Shown here one piece after another: positions 57,844 to 64,000 of a DNA stretch of 64,000 nucleotides. How positions within the stretch are numbered: the stretch's first letter is position 1; each line of letters begins with the position of its first letter. The stretch covers positions 1-64,000 of IMG/VR virus record IMGVR_UViG_3300017917_002593; one strand, written 5' to 3'. Made by a program: the position numbers and the translations under genes. Below the pieces are notes generated by a model. That model saw only the letters and a program-made list of their open reading frames with translations, was not told the DNA's origin and did not search any database. Source of the DNA: a virus.

Positions 57844-60800
57844 ATGGCACAAGCTGATTTCATCGTTAAAAACGGTGCGGTAATTCTTAATGGTCTTACT
57901 GCAACCTCAACAAGCACAACAACAGGTGCCTTAATAGTTCAAGGTGGCATTGCCACATCGGGTCGATCTACATTTGGCGGCGATTTAAACATCGTTAGCA
58001 ATACAAGCTCAACTAACTCAACAACGGGTGCCTTAACAATCTTAGGCGGCCTTGGAGTATTTGGTGACGTAAACATTGGAACAAACCTAAAAGTCAGAGG
58101 CGTTGACCTCATGACTTTCGACGATCATATTCACTACGTGTCTGACAGCACCGGTAATGATAACAATGACGGTCATAGACTTCAAAGTGCTTTCAGAACA
58201 GTCAAACGTGCAATTGAACAAGCACAAGCAGGCGATACTGTTTACATCGAAGCAGGTACGTATCAAGAAGAATTTCCAATTACAGTACCTGCTGGTGTAA
58301 GCATCCGTGGTGCCGGACTTCGCGAAGTTTATGTTTACCCAACAACTGCAACTAACACACAAACTGCATTCTTATTAAACGGCGAAACAACAATTAGCGA
58401 TTTCACAGTTGGCGGATTCTACAAGCCAGGATATGCGTTTAAGTTTGCACCAGGTGCAAAAATTACTACACGTAGCCCATACGTTGAAAGATTCTCGGTT
58501 ATTACAAGAGGATCAAACCCACAACCTGGAGATCCCTACGGTTATGACAGTAATGACGCAGGTGGCGGCGCATACTTAGACGGTGCAAACGTTGACTCTA
58601 CCAGTTTAGAAGCTGCATTTTTATTCAACGAAGCAACATTTATTACTCCAAGCTCTACCGCAGTTCATATTAAGAACGGTACACGAGTAGAATTACTAAA
58701 CGGCTTTAGTTATTTTGCAGATAAAGCTATTGTAGGCGAAAGCGGAACAACTGGTTGGGGCGATCAAGGACGTACAAGACTTCGTCTTGCAAACTCGACA
58801 GGAACATTTACAGTAGGCCATTCACTACACTATGTAGGATCTACTGGCACGTTATTAGCCACCGGTGTTATTGACGAAGTTACACCTGAATACATTTACC
58901 TTCAAGGTAAAGCATCTGGCTTTGTAGAAGCACAAGACCGTACAGGAAAAACAATTAACGTTTACGGAAATACTGTTATCAGTAGCTTTGAACGTAAGTT
59001 TGGTACAGGTGCGGCATACTTTAGTACCGATGGCGATTTATTAGACATTGTTAGTGATGCTGACATGCAGTATGGATTTAGTTCCTATACTCTCGAATCG
59101 TGGGTACACTTAACACAGAACGGTAGAAAGCAGTACATCCTCAATAAAGGTAGTATACCTTCTACAACTTTTGGTTTGTACATCGGCGCTGATAACAAGC
59201 TAACTGGACAACACGGTACAACACTCTTTACTTCTACTAATGTTTTAAACACTGGTACTTGGTATCATATCATGATGAGCCGTGATATAAACAATGTAAA
59301 CAGATTGTTTATTAACGGAAACTTGGAAGCTACTGTAACTGCAACTTCAAGTATTAGTAATGCTGATAGTTTAACTATTGGTGGTTATGCAGGAACACCA
59401 AATTTAAGTTTGAGAGGTTATCTGGACGAAGTTAGAGTTAGTACAACTCCGAGATATACTGGCTCCTTTACACCTCCTACAAGCGCATATGCAAGTGATA
59501 TAAGCACTACAGTTCTTCTTCACTGTGACGGTGCTAACCTAAGTACTGGATTCACTGACGACGGACTTGGTAGTCAAAATGTATTTTCTACTACTGGCAC
59601 ATATACTGCCGCAGTAGTAGCAAGTGCTCAGCAGATTAGTCTTGCAGATTATAGACAATTTGGTGGAGAACTACGTTGTATTGGTAGTGCTGCCTGTTAC
59701 GGTAACTATGGTATATATGCCGACGGTGAAGGTATTGACTTCAAAGCAATCGCTTTCAATATGAGCTATGTTGGTAGCGGAAAAGATTTTACCAACGATC
59801 CTGCTCTTGCTGTTCAAGCTAACGAAATTGTTAGACTAAATGGCGCAAAAGTATATTTCCAAACTGTTGACCACATAGGCGATTTCCGAGTTGGTCCTGA
59901 GTTCCGTATCAACCAACGTACTGGTAACGTTGACTTTGGCACAGCAAACTTCCGCTTGGGACCTTTGTCCAGCTTGACAATTAGTGATGGAGTTAACACC
60001 AGCGTTCTACAACCTACAAGTATTCAAGTTGGACAATTGCTTTTCTCTGGAAATAGAGTACAGACAATTAGTGGTAACTTAACAATTGATCCTGCAGGTA
60101 CATTAACAACTATTGAAAGTGATTTGCAGGTCAACGGCGCTCTCAACTTCACTGGACAAATTCGTGCAACCAGTGTAGAAAATTCTACAAGTACTACAAC
60201 AGGCGCATTAGTTGTTAGCGGCGGCATTGGATTAGCTAAAGATTTATGGGTTGGAGGAAATGCTACCGTTGTCGGTGATTTAGTTGTTAAGGGTAAGACA
60301 ACAGTTGTTAACAGTACACAGACAAGCATTGCAGATCCAATATTAGATTTAGGTATTGCACCGGACGGTGCTGACTTAACAGTTGACGACAATTTTGATA
60401 GAGGTCTATTACTTCACTATAATACAGGAACTGGAACAACATCTTACACAAGAACATTCTTGGGTATGGATAACAACACCGAAACTCTTATCTATAAGAC
60501 TCGTGTTATTACCGGACCTGCAGGAGAGTATGTACCACAATTCATTAACTCTGGTTTTTGGGGTGCTGCAAAATTTGGTAGCCTTTCATTAGCAGATACT
60601 ACACCCGGCGGAACTCTTAATTCTGGAGCACTTCAGGTTGCAGGCGGAGCCAGTTTTGCCGGCGCAGTTTATGCCAACACATACTACGATTCTACTGGTC
60701 TAATTCTTTCTACAGCTACTATTGGACAATATGTTGTAACACAGGCGTTATCTGGTGAAGATATATCGGTATCGAGCATCCCAGTAACTCCGGGACGAGG

Positions 60801-63800
60801 TGTCGTTACTATTAATAACACTTCTACTTTACAATCAGTTACTCGTCGAGGTTCAACTACCACTTATGCATTAACTTTTGCTAATCAAACAGAATCTACC
60901 GGAACTGCAAGCGGTGCTCTTGTTGTTTCGGGCGGTGTTGGTGTAGGTGGTAACTTATGGGCAACTAATCTATATTCTAATGGTAGTCTTGTTGTTACAC
61001 AGGCAACTATTGGCAGCTTAGGTGTAACCGCAATAAATGCCGGAACAGATACCGCAGTCAGTTCAAGTACTGGTGTTGTAGTTATTTGGAATACTTCAAC
61101 TTTAGACACTGTTGCAAATAGAGGAAGTACAACAACCGCTGCAATTAATATTGTTAATACTACATCGAGTACATCTACTAATTCAGGTGCATTAACTGTT
61201 AGCGGTGGTGTTGGAGTAGGCGGCAATATTTACGCCGCAAACATTTATTCTAACGGTATTCAAGTATTAACAACTGAAACAGATACATTAGAAAGCGTGA
61301 CAATGCGAGGAGCAACTACTCCTTATGCAGTTACATTCTCTAATACATCTCAAGCAACTATTTCCGGTAGCTCAAAAGCTGTTGGAATTACCGGCGGATT
61401 ATATGTTGGTAAAAAGTTGTACGTTAACGAATACGCAACATTTATGTCAAGTCCAATTGTTGGAGCAATTGACAGTAGAAGTGCGTTAACAGTTAACGGA
61501 ACTAATCAGTTACAGTCCTGGTTTGACCCAGAAGGTGGAATTTTAGATTTACTTTGGACAGGTACTGGCGGTGTTGGTTACTTCCAACTCCTACCATCGA
61601 GCGGACAGACTATAGCAGTTGGCGCAAACGATGTTGTAAAAATTTACGGTGGTGCGCCTGGTAATAATTTTGTAGGAATTAACACTGCAACACCTACAGC
61701 ACAATTAGAAGTCGGCGGCGATATTAAAGCTGCTAACATTTATTCTAATGGTAGTCTTGTAATTACTAATGCTACTTTAGGTTCCTATGGTGTAACCAGC
61801 ATTCAAGGCGGTAGTGGTATATCTGTCAACACCTCAACAGGTGCAGTAACAGTAACTTCAACTGACACACTACAGACAGTAACTGACAGAGGAAACTCTA
61901 CTACAAATTCAATATTAATTTCTAATACCAATGTTTCTACTTCGACTACTACTGGTGCGTTAGTAGTTACAGGCGGCGTTGGAATCAGTGGTCAAGCAAC
62001 TATTCAAACTGCTCTCATTGCAGGTGTTTTAAGAGGTGGTACTACAGCACTGGCAGTCTTTGAAAATCCGACTGACAGTAGTTCTACAACTGACGGATCT
62101 GTAACAATTGCCGGTGGTTTGGGTGTTAACAAGCGACTATATGCGGGCGAGTTGTACGACAGCGGAAACCGTGTTGTAACTAATGTTAATCCAAATGCTG
62201 GACCTGGAATTACAATTACAGATGAAGTTAGTGTTGGTACATCAACCAGCTTTACAATCAATAACGCAGGTGTTATTGCCGCAGTGGGAACACAATTCTT
62301 AGGTGTAAGTTCTGCAACTGGTATTGTAACATTTACTAACCTTGGCGTTCAAACATTAACCGCAGGTACTGATACATCTGTTAGCAGAAGTACAGGAACT
62401 GTTGTAGTTTGGAATACTTCGACTCTACAATCAATTACTAATCGAGGTTCAACAACTACTAACGCAATTAACATTACAAATGCAACCGATTCTAATACTT
62501 GGACCGGCGGAGCATTAACTGTCGGTGGTGGTGTAGGCATTGCTAAGAATTTAATTGTTGGCGGTAACGCTGCAATATACGGCAACTTACAAGTTCTTGG
62601 AACACAGACCTATGTAAATTCTACACAAACAGTGGTGGTAGATCCTGTTTTAAGTATCGGGGCAGGAGTCGATAATACTAACTTAGGTGTAAACGACGGT
62701 TTTGATCGAGGTGTATTACTACATTACAGTACTACAGCAACAATCAACAACAGTTTTGATAACCATTCTTTCTTAGGAATGGATAACGCTACTAAGAAGT
62801 TAGTATATAAAACAAACATTTACCCAGGCGGCGTACAAGAATTTCCTCCTCTGTTTGCTAACACAGGAACCTGGGGCTCTGCACAATTTGGAAGTTTAAA
62901 TCTTGTTGATACAACCAGTGCAACTAACACAGTTAGCGGCGCATTAACTGTATCAGGTGGCGTTGGTATCGGCGGCGATCTGTATGTTGGCAATAAAATT
63001 TATTCTTCTGGATTAGAAGTATTAACAACCTCCAGCTTGGGTAGCGGCGGCGTTGGTGTAAGTCAGATTTTTGCAGGAACTGACACAGCAGTAAGTTCTA
63101 ACTTTGGTGCAATTACAATTTGGAGTACTGCTACCTTACAGAGCTTAACCCAACGCGGATCGAGCACTAATCAGATAATCTATTTTACCAACACAACGAC
63201 TGCGATTTCTACTACCACTGGTGCTGTACAAATTTCAGGCGGCCTATCTGTTGGTCGAGATCTGTGGGTAGAAGGTGCAATTTATGGAGCACCGTCATTT
63301 ATAGAAAACAGTGCAGCGGCAGGTGTAAGCCCAGGAACTAACCAGTGGATTAGATGTCTAACATGGGCCTTACCAAATGTAGGAGATAGTATTACATTCA
63401 AAATGAAGAGTGTAGTAAAAGCCAGCGCAAGTCCTACATTTAGTGATAACATGGACAATGATGTCCTATGGATAAGTTACGTAAAAGACAGTCCTACAAC
63501 AGTGCTGGGATCGATCTATTGGGTTTCCGAAAGCAGTGAAGCAGGAATTAGCAATCTGCTGGCAAATCATACATTAACTTTTAATGCAACAACTGGTCAA
63601 TTTGAGTACTGGAGACGTTCGACTATTGCAGGCGGCAGAATATGGACTCTAATTCAGGAAGAAATTCCAGCCAATCCTGCATATCAATTTGTTGCTCCGA
63701 CTATAGTTAGAGACGGCACTTGGGCAGCAAGCGTTACATCTTTAGGTTCTGTTGCAACGGTAGACGATATTGATGTTATACAATATGAAGATCTAACCAT

Positions 63801-64000
63801 AACAGGTACACTGGCCCATAGCGGAACACTTGCTAACTTAAACAACACAACTTCTGCAAATACTTTAGGTCTTTCTGCAGGTGCTATTACTTCTGGCGTA
63901 ACTAAAACAGTTAATATTGCAACTGGTGGATTAACTGGTTCTACTTCTGATGTTAACATTGGTTCTGCTAATACAGGAACATTAGGTCGATTAACTGTAG
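57844..64000 (+). CDS. Giant fibre protein P5, >2050 aa, truncated by the window edge: beta-helix, LamG/ConA-like domain and shaft repeats
   Basis: Not in the ORF track. ATG at 57844 reads MAQADFIVKNG; frame spot-checked open to 64000. HYVSDSTGNDNNDG...VYIEAGTYQE (beta-helix); YTLESWV...TWYHIMMSR...LFINGNLE...GYLDEVRVS (LamG, ~59050-59520); six TL[QDE][ST][VIL]xxRG repeats. Confidence 0.8.
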   Translation, partial: MAQADFIVKNGAVILNGLTATSTSTTTGALIVQGGIATSGRSTFGGDLNIVSNTSSTNSTTGALTILGGLGVFGDVNIGTNLKVRGVDLMTFDDHIHYVSDSTGNDNNDGHRLQSAFRTVKRAIEQAQAGDTVYIEAGTYQEEFPITVPAGVSIRGAGLREVYVYPTTATNTQTAFLLNGETTISDFTVGGFYKPGYAFKFAPGAKITTRSPYVERFSVITRGSNPQPGDPYGYDSNDAGGGAYLDGANVDSTSLEAAFLFNEATFITPSSTAVHIKNGTRVELLNGFSYFADKAIVGESGTTGWGDQGRTRLRLANSTGTFTVGHSLHYVGSTGTLLATGVIDEVTPEYIYLQGKASGFVEAQDRTGKTINVYGNTVISSFERKFGTGAAYFSTDGDLLDIVSDADMQYGFSSYTLESWVHLTQNGRKQYILNKGSIPSTTFGLYIGADNKLTGQHGTTLFTSTNVLNTGTWYHIMMSRDINNVNRLFINGNLEATVTATSSISNADSLTIGGYAGTPNLSLRGYLDEVRVSTTPRYTGSFTPPTSAYASDISTTVLLHCDGANLSTGFTDDGLGSQNVFSTTGTYTAAVVASAQQISLADYRQFGGELRCIGSAACYGNYGIYADGEGIDFKAIAFNMSYVGSGKDFTNDPALAVQANEIVRLNGAKVYFQTVDHIGDFRVGPEFRINQRTGNVDFGTANFRLGPLSSLTISDGVNTSVLQPTSIQVGQLLFSGNRVQTISGNLTIDPAGTLTTIESDLQVNGALNFTGQIRATSVENSTSTTTGALVVSGGIGLAKDLWVGGNATVVGDLVVKGKTTVVNSTQTSIADPILDLGIAPDGADLTVDDNFDRGLLLHYNTGTGTTSYTRTFLGMDNNTETLIYKTRVITGPAGEYVPQFINSGFWGAAKFGSLSLADTTPGGTLNSGALQVAGGASFAGAVYANTYYDSTGLILSTATIGQYVVTQALSGEDISVSSIPVTPGRGVVTINNTSTLQSVTRRGSTTTYALTFANQTESTGTASGALVVSGGVGVGGNLWATNLYSNGSLVVTQATIGSLGVTAINAGTDTAVSSSTGVVVIWNTSTLDTVANRGSTTTAAINIVNTTSSTSTNSGALTVSGGVGVGGNIYAANIYSNGIQVLTTETDTLESVTMRGATTPYAVTFSNTSQATISGSSKAVGITGGLYVGKKLYVNEYATFMSSPIVGAIDSRSALTVNGTNQLQSWFDPEGGILDLLWTGTGGVGYFQLLPSSGQTIAVGANDVVKIYGGAPGNNFVGINTATPTAQLEVGGDIKAANIYSNGSLVITNATLGSYGVTSIQGGSGISVNTSTGAVTVTSTDTLQTVTDRGNSTTNSILISNTNVSTSTTTGALVVTGGVGISGQATIQTALIAGVLRGGTTALAVFENPTDSSSTTDGSVTIAGGLGVNKRLYAGELYDSGNRVVTNVNPNAGPGITITDEVSVGTSTSFTINNAGVIAAVGTQFLGVSSATGIVTFTNLGVQTLTAGTDTSVSRSTGTVVVWNTSTLQSITNRGSTTTNAINITNATDSNTWTGGALTVGGGVGIAKNLIVGGNAAIYGNLQVLGTQTYVNSTQTVVVDPVLSIGAGVDNTNLGVNDGFDRGVLLHYSTTATINNSFDNHSFLGMDNATKKLVYKTNIYPGGVQEFPPLFANTGTWGSAQFGSLNLVDTTSATNTVSGALTVSGGVGIGGDLYVGNKIYSSGLEVLTTSSLGSGGVGVSQIFAGTDTAVSSNFGAITIWSTATLQSLTQRGSSTNQIIYFTNTTTAISTTTGAVQISGGLSVGRDLWVEGAIYGAPSFIENSAAAGVSPGTNQWIRCLTWALPNVGDSITFKMKSVVKASASPTFSDNMDNDVLWISYVKDSPTTVLGSIYWVSESSEAGISNLLANHTLTFNATTGQFEYWRRSTIAGGRIWTLIQEEIPANPAYQFVAPTIVRDGTWAASVTSLGSVATVDDIDVIQYEDLTITGTLAHSGTLANLNNTTSANTLGLSAGAITSGVTKTVNIATGGLTGSTSDVNIGSANTGTLGRLTV

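Noticed and set aside
37498-64000. CRISPR array, DGR template/variable repeats or invertible fibre cassette
   Set aside because: Repeats are in-frame protein repeats with synonymous divergence; no spacer pattern, adenine-specific mismatch pair, reverse transcriptase or invertase was seen.
1-64000. Stop-codon recoding and tRNA genes
   Set aside because: Genes are full-length in the standard code with tight junctions; the two large gaps in the ORF track are edge-truncated genes. No tRNA cloverleaf was seen in the intergenic gaps.

Overview
This window is 64 kb of a large, AT-rich, T4-superfamily (myovirus-type) phage genome, almost entirely virion morphogenesis. Bases 1-18.7 kb (minus strand) hold a baseplate operon: tube-initiator-like gene, gp53, hub, gp5-like spike with a C-terminal GH19 lysozyme, gp25, gp6, and a >2400-aa protein that runs off the window and is missing from the ORF track. 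Bases 18.8-23.4 kb (plus) hold a sigma70-driven block: gp55 late sigma factor, gp47/gp46, two Hc1-like proteins and a GIY-YIG nuclease. A ~430-nt highly structured non-coding element follows. Next are a gp26/gp51-like pair joined by a probable -1 frameshift, a tape-measure-like gene, and the head module (gp20, core, gp21, gp22, gp23). Bases 37.5-64 kb carry five fibre-like genes; the last is truncated and missing from the track. Most striking: (i) two giant paralogous virion proteins carry 20 tandem phycobiliprotein-like (globin-fold) domains, all retaining the C-x-R-D bilin-attachment motif and partly arranged as two-type pairs; (ii) the five fibre genes show matched C-terminal/N-terminal domain types in gene order, suggesting a plug-and-socket chain; (iii) the structured RNA-like element behind the GIY-YIG gene. 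All homology calls come from motif recognition by eye; no database searches were run. The host cannot be determined from this window.
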